Source: Curvularia clavata | Lineage: Eukaryota | Direction of reading: 5' to 3' | Assembly (NCBI GenBank): GCA_023920165.1 | Contig: CP089277.1 | Span: forward strand, 3,472,001-3,536,000 | Length of the DNA stretch: 64,000 nucleotides | Shown: positions 25,547 through 37,996 of the stretch, piece by piece | How the letters are laid out: every line of letters begins with the position of its first letter | How positions within the stretch are numbered: position 1 is the first letter of the stretch | Translations under genes and position numbers: made by a program | Notes under the pieces: model-generated | What the model saw: the letters and a program-made list of their open reading frames with translations, nothing else | What the model was told of the DNA's origin: nothing | The model's database searches: none

Positions 25547-27232
25547 ATGCGGTCTCATATTGCTATTACCATTCCATTACTCATCGCGCCAATTATCGCC
25601 ATATGCCCACCCCTAGGTCCCGTCCTTCCACCCCCGTCACTGGCTCCCAATGCCTCAGAGTTTAGCATCCCGGATGCTATATTTCAAAACTTCACGTTCC
25701 TGAAGAACACGTCGTTTGCAGTACAAGTATCTATTGGCGATACCATTATTTTCCAACATGAGCACTCGGCACCTGGGCGACAAGTGAACCAGTCCTTATT
25801 TGATACCCAATTCCGTATCGCGAGCGCCACTAAGTGGATTACTGCTCTTGCGTTAGAGCTCAGTAAAGATGCTATCGACCTCGAAGATCCTATCACCAAA
25901 TTTGTTCCTGGGCTGAAAGAGGAGTTTTATGGAGATGTTACAATAAAGTCCTTGACAGACCATACCTCTGGCCTGGGTCGCTTCGTACGTTGTACTCAAC
26001 ATGACTTTTGTTATATAGCACTCTACTAACTGTCTTCGCAGGGCTATGTAGGCGACTTAGCCTACGGGCGAGACGCTGCTCTCTTAGGCCTCCCTAACAT
26101 CACAAACACCCTTCCAGGCTGCGACCCCATCCCCGGCGGCCGTGTCTGCACGAATCAAGAAGTCCTCGACATGTTCAACAACCCCGCATACGTACCTCAC
26201 TCGCCCAATTCCCGCGCCATGTACAGTAACATCGGGTACATGCTCCTTGGCAAAGCGCTCGAAACAGCACACAACATGAGCTACGAGGCCGTCATACAAA
26301 AGCTGATTCTCGACCCTGTCGGAATGCCCAAGTCGACATTCGCCGTGCCAAAGGACGACGGTGCGGCTATATTGCCTCGCCGCCCCGAAGATGCGACATG
26401 GTTCGTTGCCGACTTTGCGAATCTGAATCCGACAGGTGGACTATGGTCGACGCCAAACGAAATGCTCAAGCTGCTTCACGCGCTTCAAAAGAATGTTTTA
26501 CTGAGTAAAAGTGAACTTCGCGCTTGGATGCAACCGACGACATTCCTGCGCTCGATGCAGCAATATGTTGGTGTGGCGTGGGAGATATTCCGCATTGATG
26601 ATCTGCCACTGGAATTTCCTCGCGCAATTGATGTGTATACGAAAGCAGGTGGTGTCCCAGGGTATGGCTCGTACGTGGTGTTGATCCCAGAGTACGACAT
26701 TGCCATCACAGTGAACGCCGCTGGGGGTGAGACGTCGTATACGTCGATAGACCTGCTCGGTACCCTGGTGACAGCTGCTGTACCCTATGCGGATAAGCTA
26801 GCACGCTCGCAAGCCGCGAAAAAATACGCTGGTATCTATGAGTTGTCTTCCTCTACGTCTAACGACACTCTGGTCTTGTCTTCTACTTCTGGTCCAGGGC
26901 TTTCCATCGACGCCTTGACGATCAACAATGTCCTTGTCCTTCAGGCACTTGCTGCGAGCCAGAAGATTCCATTCAGAAACTTCAGCCCAAGACTGTATCC
27001 TACTGATCCTGACTCTCTGGGCTCAGGGACTGAGAATTGGAGGATGTTGCTGGATCAGAAGACCCCAGCAAAGAAGCTGTGGGGCGGGCTGGAGTGTATG
27101 AGTTGGAACTTGGGAGACCCTGCAAGGTATGTCAGGGAGCCGCTGGACACCTTTGCGTTTCATATGGAGGGCGATAAGGTTATGAGCGTAGAATTGCTTG
27201 GTTGGAGGGTGACGCTGGATAAGGTGAAATAA
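25547..27232 (+). CDS. Secreted serine hydrolase of the beta-lactamase/alkaline D-peptidase family; exons 25547-25984, 26042-27232
   Basis: Signal peptide then CPPLGPVLP; FRIASATK (SxxK), LTDHTSGL, YSN, GGLWST, TKAGG; intron GTACGT..CTAAC..CAG. Confidence 0.88.
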
Positions 27233-27272
27233 GCTCGTATTGTGTAGATGGTACTAGAAGCATAGGCGTTGC

Positions 27273-28955
27273 TCAGTAGTCTGGAAACTCGTTCTCCACG
27301 TCGTTTCTCCATGCTTTTAAGCCTCCTTTGATGTCGCCAATATACCGCTTTCCTCCCAGATCGAGACCGAGCTCTTTCATCTTTTTGACAGTGACTTGGG
27401 AGTCATTGCCTAATCTGCATATCACAAAGATTGGTCTCTCAGACTGCTTCAGCTGTGTGACCCAATCATTTTCTTGGTGTTCTCCCCCGTTGTTGGCACC
27501 CAGACCTCGCGTTGCCGACACGGTCGAAAACGGCACGTTCAAACTGCCATCAAGGTGACACAAGTCGAACTGCACCTTCTCTCGTACGTCTACGAGAATG
27601 TGGCTATCTCTGTTTGACACTGTGCCTGTATGGGGATTGACTCCAGATCGTAGTCTGGCATAGTTTTGGGCGGATACGCGCTCTTCTGGTGAAAGTGGAT
27701 TCGTGTTTGGAAGCACACTTCCACAAAACTGGACATAATCTAAACTTCCTGATTCTATCGACTGTTTCGTGACAGTCGCATTTGCTGAGCAGGAAGCGCA
27801 CTTTGCCTTCCGGCTCCTGAGGCGGATCAAGCGAAACATGGGATTTGAGTAAGCGGAAAAGATGAGTAGGCTAGGTGGGTCTGCCGGCGCCCCAGCAGGC
27901 GTCTTCTGAGTCAGAACCTTGATGGCTTCCAAGGCTTGCAAGACGCCCATGACACCTACAACTGGTCCTAGGATACCACCGTCACCGCAGGATACCACGG
28001 ATTCAGGAGGTGGAGGCTTTGGAAATACGCAGCGGTAGCAGGGTCCTCCGTTTGGATCGCCTGGTGGCAGTGGTGGATTGTTGAGAACCATCATTTGGCC
28101 GTCAATGCGAAGCGCTGATGCTGAGACGAGCGGCTTCCCTAAGACGACGCAAGTATCAGATATTAGATAGCGCGATGCTGGAGTGTCGGTGCAATCCAGC
28201 ACCAAATCATAGTCGCTGAACGTTGATATAGCAGACTCTGGAGTTAAACGAGAGATATGCGGAACCAGTTTGACGTTGGGGTTGAGCCTAGAGAATGTCA
28301 GTTGTGCCCTGTAAATCATACAAATGCGTTTATATTTGTGGTAGACGCACGATTTTAACGTGACCATTGCGCTCTCAACCTTGGTCATACCAACTCTTGC
28401 GGTGGAGTGTAGGATCTGGCGGTGCAAGTTTGATTCCTCAACCACATCCCCGTCGACCAAACCCACAGTGCCAACGCCAGCCCCTACCAAGTACGCAGCA
28501 GCGGGACATCCAAGACCACCCACTCCTACAATAAGTACACGGGCGTTTTTTAGACGCAGTTGGCCTGAGACATGTAAGCTTTTGTACGCCATTCATTTGG
28601 ATTCACACATACCCTGGAGTCCAATCTCTGGCATAATCAGTTGTCTTCCATATCTCTTGTATTCGTCCTTCTCTAGTGGCCATCTTCGGGTTTCGTCTGG
28701 CTCGTTTTGCTTCAACTTCTTTCCACCTTGATCCAGAATAGCGAACACTTCAGAGCGGAAATCATCGGGCACGCCAAAGTTCATGTCATGATCCAAAGGG
28801 TCTGTAGGGTCGGTGGCTGACGGTCTCTTTTGGGGAACAAGCTTGGGTGGCTGATTTTGGTTCTGCTCGGCTTCCGCCAGCTGTTGACGCAGGTCCTGCA
28901 ATGTGACTTCGCATGCCGCGATTTGCTTGCGCAGGGAGCTAATAACCGATGCCAT
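27273..28955 (-). CDS. UBA4: Adenylyltransferase/sulfurtransferase Uba4/CnxF (MoeB-ThiF + rhodanese); exons 28955-28613, 28564-28351, 28287-27273
   Basis: RYGRQLIMPEIG, GVGGLG, SNLHRQILH, DCTD, PCYRC, CASC, rhodanese VDVRE and ICRLGNDSQ, C-terminal FPDY. Confidence 0.95.
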
Positions 28956-30624
28956 GTTGGCGTGATCGAGAGATATGCCAACGCCGTGCTTTTGGGACGC
29001 GTGCAGCAGCGGTCTGGTGTGGGGTTAGGACGGCGCTAAACTGGATCTGATACTAAACACGTGCACGAGACCTGTCCAAGACGGGCAGATATGGGATGGA
29101 ACCACCACTAATAGTGATACTTGCATGATCAAGCCACCAGGAATAGGTTAGCTCAGTCAGCTGTGGCGAAGATCTAACACCCTCTAGATATTCAAGCTGG
29201 GCTGATCTGCCACTTTGTTTCTGCCTTGGATGAGGCTGAGCGCGCAGCCTTTACCTACGAGACTACCAGCTTCTGTATCGAACTACCAAGTCAAACAGAT
29301 ATGATGGACCGTTTTGACTGAGTTTCTGAGATGTGAAAGCAACCAAAACTCCACAACTGAGGTTGCAGCGCAGAAGCTGCTTATAGCACCCCAGAGTTAT
29401 CTTTTTATTTGCATTGGGACGTCATCCGCAGGGCATGAGAGCCCAACCGCCCCTGTTACATCTGCGAAAGCCATTCGATGGAACACTTAACCAGAACAAT
29501 GGACAGAAGCGGGAACTTGCATTGTCTTTTCGAATCCGCTACCCAACGTAAGCGCCACACCTCCCTCTTGCAATATTTGTAGGCTTGTAGAGCCGGTTCA
29601 GATTATCTAAGCCAATCTAGGTGTCTGACAGGCTGATAGCGGACCAATACGAGCCTCAAGACATGGCAATATGACCGAATCTGGCTCAGTTACCTTGCTG
29701 CATGTAAGATATGCTGTGCAGGCGCTTGGATGCCTTATGGGGTCGATGAATTAAAAACTAGGCACGGTTATCAAGATGGTCACGACCACACATCGCGGGT
29801 ACGTGTGAGCAAGTTGAATACGCTCATATGTGGATCGTAACTTGACTTGTTGCTGACCCTCGAATCGCTTCGGTAGTAAGTTCTGATGGCTGACAATAGA
29901 ATGGGCCAGAGCACTAAGCCAGCTGATAAAGTGCCGAGTGTCATAGAGGAAAGAACGCGGTGACGTGTAAAGCCAGCAGCTTGGGAATGAAGACATTGGG
30001 CAGACCAATGAGCGAGATGCAGCATGTGGAGAGGTGATCTAGAAGTTCAGACACGGCAATAGTATTTAAAAGAAGGAGCCTGCCAAGTCTGTAGGCGGGT
30101 CATTACAATATGATCCTAACAAGATCTGGTAACGCGTTCTCCTCAGCTCGCGTTGGCTCGATCGACGCCAGGGTAGATCCTTTTTAAGGCCCCCTGTTGC
30201 AACTTCAGAGTCCAAGCAGGGGGCTGTTTATGTTCCCGAAAGCGTGTGTCTGTACAAAAGGTAATCGCAAGCCCGATATTCGAAGAATACTTGGGTGGCG
30301 CTTCAGCTGCTCAGGCTTGCATAAAGGGCTGGCTTTCAGTCGTGGGTCGTCAAATTACACGGCAGAGAGATGAGCATGGCAACAATAGCGGCAGCAAGCA
30401 GACCTTTTTAGCGAAGCTGCTAGTGAAGTTCGATAAAAGGACGCTCAGCTGGCGCATGGTAGTGCTACCTGGTACAGATCCGCTGCAGTTACAGAATCCC
30501 TACCGTTCCTACGTACGGCTACTAGTCTTGCCGCTGGCCCTGCCCCGCGGGACGACTGCCCCTCTCTGGCGACCCACGCAACTCTCGTAATCTCGACCAT
30601 CTACTCTTCTCCATCAACGCCACC

Positions 30625-32910
30625 ATGGTATCTGTTTGCGCGACATGCAAAGGACTGCAGAACCACTTCCACGGGCTTCACGGCGCCCAGGATGGCAGCA
30701 CGGGAACCTTGACCTGGGTCAACACCAGCTTGTCGACGCTGAGATCAAGTTCAAATGCCTGTCACGCATGCGCACTTCTCCTAAATGGCATTTTGCTGCA
30801 TAGCGACCGGTTCGCCGGTGTGAATGACGACAAAATACGGGTGATGGCTGAATCCTTCAGTGCCAAACCGGAGAGGAACCTCCAGGGCCATCTCTCGGTC
30901 GAGCTTCGATGGAAGGACAACGAAGACCACGATGAATGCCAAAACGGGAACCATGAGCATGCCGCCGGCCCTGCAGATCTTAAACTGGAGTTTTTCACAG
31001 ATGAAGGTATCTACTACTTGTCCTCCCACAGCGCTGGTCCATCTCGCATAATTATTGATGCTGATGTCAATACAGAAGGGCAGTCTCCTTTCTCAGCCAT
31101 CGGAAGAGGCCGGCATCTGGCAGAAACTCCACTGCAGAACATTGGCTTGATGACAGCACGAAGTATGATCAAGAACTGCCTAGACAATCACGGCACATGC
31201 AGCCGCAGAAGTCGGCTATCTACGTTGCCGAAGCGCATTCTAGACTTGTCTACTGGCGAAGATGCTAAGTCTCTACGATTACACGAAAGTGAGTATATTC
31301 AAGACGAAAGAAGATATGAATACGGTGAATATGTGGCCTTGAGTCATATCTGGGGAACCGCTGAGAACATACCTAAAACGACTCTGCAGACAATAGAGTC
31401 TCACAAGAAGGCCATTCCGTGGTCAACATTACCAAGGGTGTACCAAGAAGCCATATTCCTCACCCGGGCGCTCGGGTTCCGATGGTTGTTCGTCGACAGC
31501 CTTTGCCTGATACAAGATGACGTCCAGGAGAAGCTCGAGGATTCACTTGGAATGGATGAAGTCTTTGGAAACGCTTTCTTGACCATCGCGGCAACATCCG
31601 CATCTGACAGCAGTGTCCAGCCGCTATTCCCTGCTAAGACACAACTGTATAAGGTACAGGCAACCGATGTCAAGGGCTCGCTGTGTGACATCAATGTGAG
31701 AGAACAGTCAAGTCACTACGGCTTCAAAGCTCCTTTCAATGGCAATTCACATATGAACGAATGGGAACTGCCCTTCAATATGACTGAGGAAGCGAATTTG
31801 GACACTCCTCTCCTAGTCCGCGCGTGGCCTTATACCGAACGCCTGCTTTCTACGCGTGTGCTACATTTCACAAAGAGCGAGATGATACTCGAATGCCGCG
31901 AAGGCTACCAGTGCGAATGCGGGCGTATAGAGGACAGCGCATTTGACTCGCGGCCTACTGACAAGCTCAAACATGAGCTGGGCAAGGTCATCGCAGAAAC
32001 ACTCAACCGACCACAGCAGACCAACGGCAATGGTAACCTGAACCCTAACCGGATGGATAGTGTAACCACACAACTAGCGTCTACCAACCTCACAAATGGC
32101 GCGCACCAAGAGCTGTTACGGAAACGCGAGGAAACGCTACAGCTCTGGTCTTACATCATAACAGAATACACGGCAAGACATCTCACTTACGATAGCGACC
32201 GGCTCATCGCGGTGGCTAGCATCGCAAAAGCGCTCTCGCCTGCATTGCAATCCGGCTACATTGCCGGCCAGTGGACCTTCAGCACGCTAGGGCTTCTCTG
32301 GTATCCGAACGACAGCTCACGGTGCCGGCGCCCAAAGCTAGGACAAGGGCAGAACGTCCCAAGCTGGTCTTGGGCATCGGTTGAAGGTGCCCCCATCTTC
32401 TTCGACAATACAAGCGCCATGGATCTCGCATGCAGGGCCTCGTTCGGACCAAAGGGCAAACGTGCAAGTGCATGGTCACCGATTATGGGTGAGCCCCTCG
32501 AGCTATCAGGCGCCATGGCAACGGAAGTGGTGTTTCATACGGTTTCGAAGCCATCTTCACTGCAACAGCATTCGTACAGGCTAGCCAGAAACAGCATGAC
32601 TGTCGAATTCACACCAGACGTTGTACCGCCCTGTGACGAAGACGCACTAGTGGACGGCGAAACACTTGTGTGCATTCTCGTGAGTATGACGTTCCGGTCG
32701 TCGATTGTGGGTATTGTGCTCAAGCCCGCGGCCTCGGGTAACAATACGTATCGGCGTGTGGGCCGTTTCGAATGCTATGAATGTAAGCCTGAAGGCATAG
32801 ATGAGGAGATGAGCGAGGACGCTGAGGCGCTGTTTGAGCATTGGTTCCCTGAGATTCAGGACATGACGCAGTTGGACAACTATCCACAGCGGACCTTTAC
32901 CGTTGTGTGA
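30625..32910 (+). CDS. HET-domain (heterokaryon incompatibility, PF06985-type) protein; probable in-frame 69-nt intron 31007-31075
   Basis: N-terminal CxxC...CxxC, LPKRILD, YVALSHIWG, WLFVDSLCLIQDD, NAFLTIAA, RAWPYTERLLS, YT.R.LT..SDRL, PSWSWAS, YRRVG. Confidence 0.9.
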   Translation: MVSVCATCKGLQNHFHGLHGAQDGSTGTLTWVNTSLSTLRSSSNACHACALLLNGILLHSDRFAGVNDDKIRVMAESFSAKPERNLQGHLSVELRWKDNEDHDECQNGNHEHAAGPADLKLEFFTDEGIYYLSSHSAGPSRIIIDADVNTEGQSPFSAIGRGRHLAETPLQNIGLMTARSMIKNCLDNHGTCSRRSRLSTLPKRILDLSTGEDAKSLRLHESEYIQDERRYEYGEYVALSHIWGTAENIPKTTLQTIESHKKAIPWSTLPRVYQEAIFLTRALGFRWLFVDSLCLIQDDVQEKLEDSLGMDEVFGNAFLTIAATSASDSSVQPLFPAKTQLYKVQATDVKGSLCDINVREQSSHYGFKAPFNGNSHMNEWELPFNMTEEANLDTPLLVRAWPYTERLLSTRVLHFTKSEMILECREGYQCECGRIEDSAFDSRPTDKLKHELGKVIAETLNRPQQTNGNGNLNPNRMDSVTTQLASTNLTNGAHQELLRKREETLQLWSYIITEYTARHLTYDSDRLIAVASIAKALSPALQSGYIAGQWTFSTLGLLWYPNDSSRCRRPKLGQGQNVPSWSWASVEGAPIFFDNTSAMDLACRASFGPKGKRASAWSPIMGEPLELSGAMATEVVFHTVSKPSSLQQHSYRLARNSMTVEFTPDVVPPCDEDALVDGETLVCILVSMTFRSSIVGIVLKPAASGNNTYRRVGRFECYECKPEGIDEEMSEDAEALFEHWFPEIQDMTQLDNYPQRTFTVV

Positions 32911-33696
32911 GTCTGTCTCTGTTGGCTGCGGTTGAGGTGTTTTTGGAGGAGAAAAGGCTTTATGATATGATCTAACTGTATATCTGGTTATTTTCTTTTA
33001 TGTGAAGGGAGTTTGGGAGTGACACTGGAAACGTGTTCCCTATTCACTGTTGTATGTGTTTCGATACCCACCCCCTTCTCTTCTGGTTGCTCTAAGGCTC
33101 TCTATGTGTAGGATATTCTCTCACTTTGGAGGACTTTTTTTCTTTTCTTGTTGGTCTTTTGGGATTCAAGGAAAGATAGGATTGCGAACTAGATTTAGGA
33201 TTGAACGTGTATCTGGTATATCGCCTCTCAAACTTGAACAATTACCCTGTTCTTCCAGATTGCAATAGAATTATCACAAAATGAAGACTAGATATTCTGA
33301 TGAAAGGAGGAGACGCTAAATCGTAGTAAAATATCAAGGTTGAACGTCTTAGGCATCTTGATCGCATGGCTATGTATGAGACTTTGTTAATGATAACTGT
33401 CGGGTATGGGTAAGTAGCCATACTGCAATTGGAACTTTTTCCGCCACAGTTGTTGTGTGATTTTGTCCCTACTGGCATAGTCCGCAAGATCGGTTCCAGA
33501 CTTGTGGCTGGGAATTCGTGTCGTATGTGTGAAGCCGGCGGTGCAGCGTTGTTGGTAGAGAAGCTACAGAAGATAGCGATGGGATTACTGTCAACGTACG
33601 CAAGGAGCGCTCGCAAATGACCAATCGCCGTTGAAACCACTGCTGTAGAGGCATGCACATGCATGTGGAAAGGTAATCGTCTCAGACTGACTGGCT

Positions 33697-34270
33697 TCAT
33701 TGCTGCGCAAACTCAGGCCTGACCTCCATGTTGGTCTGGACATGGCTTTTCAGCGCCGCCCATCGATCTTTGACAGCATCAGCGCCCTGTGTACCGCTTG
33801 TGCTTGCCGTCAGCTGAGCCAAGTTTGCGTTGAAGCGTGCCTTTTCCAGCTTCTCGAGCTTTTCCTTTCTCTTCTTGGCGCCCTTTGTCCTTTTCATACT
33901 CTCCATCTTTTGCTTGGGCTGGACGATGCGTGCCTGGCCTAGATCAATGTCGCCATCCGTATCGGCACCGGGAAGCGCATCTGCAAGGGACTCGAGGTTG
34001 GCAATGAGCTTGTTGTTAGGCCGCCTTCGCTTTTGAGTCTTGGCTGAGGACTTCTCAATCTTAGACACGAATGACGAATGTTTGATTCTTTGCTTGTCGC
34101 GCTTCGTCGAGGGAAAAGATGTCATGTCGTCAGGCTTGGGCAGGACGGCTGTCGCTGGGCGGGCAGCGCGAGCCGACTTTGCGCGCGCCGTTGTACGCTT
34201 CTTAATGGGCGCCTGGAGCGCATGATGAGCAGGATGTATCGTACATCGGAAGCTACAAGAGACATACCAT
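33697..34270 (-). CDS. SLX9: Ribosome biogenesis protein Slx9; exons 34270-34268 (ATG only), 34212-33697
   Basis: Spliced MAPIKKRTTARAK...TKRDKQRIKHSSFVSKI...KRRRPNNKL..L..L.DALP...EKARF..NL...RWAALKSH; 55-nt intron GTATGT..CAG. Confidence 0.82.
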
Positions 34271-35561
34271 GGTTGTGCTGTGCTGCGCTATGCGGTGCTG
34301 TGCAGTGTTTGGCAGAGCTGAAGGTACGCAGTCGGAGCCAAAAAATCCTTGTCGATAAGGACAAAGGATTCCATGTTCGGAAGCGACCCGCCAGACGATC
34401 TGCGACGGCCGCGCGCCTCTCGTTTGGGACGAGATGTCACCCACTCCTTGCCCTACTTCACACCAGTGCAAACACTCCACGCCAGGCGTCGACTAAAGCT
34501 ACGACCATCCCTTTGCCTTGTGTCAATGCGAGCCCCAGCCCGAGTTGAGGCTGACTTCCCTGTCGCGGAACGTGGTGATACTCTTCCGCTGATCCCCTTG
34601 CTCATGGATAATCGATGAACCGTCCCTGCAAATCATGGACTCGTCTGGATGCCTGGTCGTCCTCACTCCTATCAGATGATTCCTTTGTGGCTGGCAGAGG
34701 ATGGTCTGAAGTCCGGAAAAGGCGCCGTGAAGCAAAGCAGAAGCGAGCAACGAAAAGTCCGTGTGGCCTGACGAGGCTGGCATCTCCCTTCATCTCCTCT
34801 TTCTAAACTCCATATTCACGCAGTGTGCCTGTTAGATTTCTTAGCCAAGCCAACTCCACTTCACCCACCGGACTTCGCAACCCCCAGCCTTGATCGGGTG
34901 TAGCCTTATTCTGACCACCATGTTGTTGGGCTGGACGAACGATGAACGTGGACAATCTATCGTCGCCGTTGTGTTGTGTGATAGTAGTCTACGATTAGCC
35001 GTTCTGTTCTGGGCTAAGCAACACATGGATCCCTTCTATTTTCTTCTGCCTCCGCTGTGTCAGTGTTTGGGGCGATAATTTCTTCTCCAAACCTGAAACC
35101 AAGTCGCTCGCACTGGCCAGAATACCCTGGTGTAAGCTGGATGTTAGCGACACGACATCTACATCATCCCTGTACCACCGTGGCGCTATCTGAGATACCA
35201 GTACTACGGAATCTCAGTTCAGCTCCACGCCAATCTCCTACTCTGCTGCCCCTTGTTGCCTCTCATTCGTTCGTTTCTGCCGCAACTTGCCTTGCCGCAC
35301 CTATTTCCGGCCCACTTGGCAAAGCCATACGGACCGCAGGCCCTTGCTGTTGTGACAAAAAGGCAATCATTCGCACATATGGCGAGGACGCGTGGTCCCT
35401 GGTATTTCGGACTCTACAAGAGTATTACAAAGTCTACAGCCCATTGTCCGAAAAGCGGGCACACCGGAACTTCTCTATCCCGCATCACCACTGATATGTT
35501 ACTTTTCATAAGCATCAACAAAGCTCATTTTGATGCAATCTCCGGACGCCCATAATTCACA

Positions 35562-36870
35562 ATGTGCGACGACTCAACAAAGCAAGACAATTCCCTCATT
35601 TCTGCTCAGAATCATGGAACCATTCTGCTGATGGTAGTCTGGTCTCTTGCTTGCCTGCTGGTAGGAACTTTTCCACTAGGCTCCTATATAGGCTCACATA
35701 TCAACGCAGATCATCGCTGCCGTCGCAAGAATAATCGTCCGATATAGATCAAAGCGTTTCCGCCGTCTACCATGGACCAACGACATCGTCATCTTTGCTA
35801 CAACCTTACTTGCTCTGGGCAGCATCGTAGTCATCACCGCAGCTGTTGCCTCAGGTCTAGGCAAGGTGGCATGCCTTTTGAATGACGGCGATTTGGAGCA
35901 AATACAGCTCAAGCTGTTTGTTACCACAATACTGTTCATCTTGGTCGCTAGCATATCCAAGGGCTCGGTACTGCTATATCTCCATCACCTAGCCGAGACT
36001 GCCCTACAGAGGATCAGTATCATAGCAATCAGCACACTCATCGTGCTATGGACCATTGTTGTTTTGGCCGGCATGGCGTTTCAGTGCGAGTCGCCGGCGC
36101 CCTGGAGAATCTGGACTGGCAAATGCATACCACTAGTAGGTTGAAGTATTGTGCAGGCAAGAGGGAGATACCTAACCGCTGAATAGATACCGTTCTGGAT
36201 GACTATGAATATTGCTGATGTTGTCCTGGAGGCAGCTGTCGTTGTCCTCTCTGTATATAGCATATGGAGACTGCGCGAGTCTTATCGTCAGAAGACCCTT
36301 GCAACATTGCTTCTTTCACTGAGGCTGACGTAAGTAGCCCTCATATGTATGAATTGCATTTTCTGCAGATCTAACGGTTTAAAAAGCTTAATCGGAGCAT
36401 CTGTCGTTCGTCTCATCTACCTCATACCAGCATACGACCGTAATGCAGAACCAACTTTCGGGTCCATACCATATATAATTGCCACCCAGGGCCAAGTCGC
36501 ATTTGCTGCTCTCATAGTCTGTAGTCTCTGCCTGGAGCCCTACTCCCGCCTTCGAGTATTGCTCTCGCACGCTTTAGAAAACAGGTCAAGGCACTGGTCC
36601 GATACCACTGTCGGCGGCGCTCCTTACGAATCCTATGATTCATTTGCAGGAAACTTGCCTATTATTCAGGAACCTCTTCCATGCATACAGGCTAGCATGT
36701 CAACACCTAAAATACCCTCCGAGCCAATAACTTCGCCGAAGACTGATATTCTTTTGCCTGACAAGCCTTCGCCGAGACGACCCCACAAACCACCGCCTAG
36801 GCCTCCGCCACCGAGGGATTCACAGCGCCCGGATATGAGCCTATTCATTAGGAAGACTATAGACCGATAG
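35562..36870 (+). CDS. PTH11-like (fungal rhodopsin-domain) multi-pass membrane protein without CFEM; exons 35562-35660, 35710-36135, 36187-36329, 36387-36870
   Basis: Spliced helices with family motifs ..ND....., GLGK, SKGSVLL, FQC..P.PW.....C, D.......IW.L, RL....VVRL; Pro-rich cytosolic tail; three GT..AG introns keep frame. Confidence 0.8.
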
Positions 36871-37996
36871 GGTGAGAGGAGAAATCAGTGTCCTGATGGC
36901 ACGAAACCCAATATTTAATTGAAGTATGTACATAGATGGCACAAATGAAGTAATGACTAGCGAGTTTTTTTTAAGGGCTGGTGGGCTGGTCTTAGTTTAT
37001 CGTACAATCAATAGGAGCATGTGCTCTAACAGATTATGTAGTAGGAACTCGTTCCAAGAGGATCAGTATGAGCAAACACGCAGTGTGCAATGATTTAGTA
37101 GAAGACCAGGTAATGTTAGCACTCCACAGTCTCAACAGAACGACAAACCAAGTTCGATAGCCCACGAGTCACTCCTCGGCACTCCGAAACTCAGCAGTTC
37201 GGTAGTTTGACGCCGCTCAACAGTCCTGACAGCCCCGACAGATCGGCGATCGAAACTCTATGGAGGATTGACAGCTTAACATTAGTCATTCGACAAAATC
37301 ACTTCCAACACTTGGTATCATTACGGCTGAATCCTCGTAATGTAGTCGAATTTCCATCATCGCCCAATGGACCTATTACTGTTAGTACTGATGTCATTGT
37401 TATTATGAAATCCAAAATGGTACCAGGGTTCATCTAGATACATACCACGTTTCTTGATGCGACACGTGGAGCTCGAAGCTCTGAAGCATAAGGCTCTACA
37501 TTCGAATGGCTACATTGATTGCAAAGTCATTTTCTTCGGTCTTTGGTTTGGTAAGGTCTAATGGGCAATCTGCTCCTTTTTGAGACGAGATTGGAGAGCT
37601 GAACACGACACGCGACTCGGGAATAGAAAGCAGAACGAAACACATTTAGTAGCTAATAATTACTTCCAACACTCGGCGAAGTCATGCGTCACACCCGGTG
37701 ATACCATACGCAACACTCAACAAACAACGCCTTACACATGATAGTGTTGCGGTGAAGAACAATTAGTACCTGTATGTCTTTAGCTCATGCACACGCCCAC
37801 TCTGCTACTTCTATATTAGGCACTCGCGTCCAGCACGGTACTTGGTAAGTGAACGTAAACGTAAAGCGCTGCCGTTCGCCATCTTTCTGTACGACTTACT
37901 CAAATGTCAGAAACTCCATTTTGGGTACACAAGGTCGCACGCTCTTTGCGCTGGCCACCATCGCCTCCCCAGCTTCAATCCGTGCTCAACACCAAC

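Noticed and set aside
37930..37935. CAAGGT as a ZafA/Zap1 zinc-response core upstream of the ZIP transporter
   Set aside because: Single 6-mer very near the start with poorly matching flanks; cannot be distinguished from chance.
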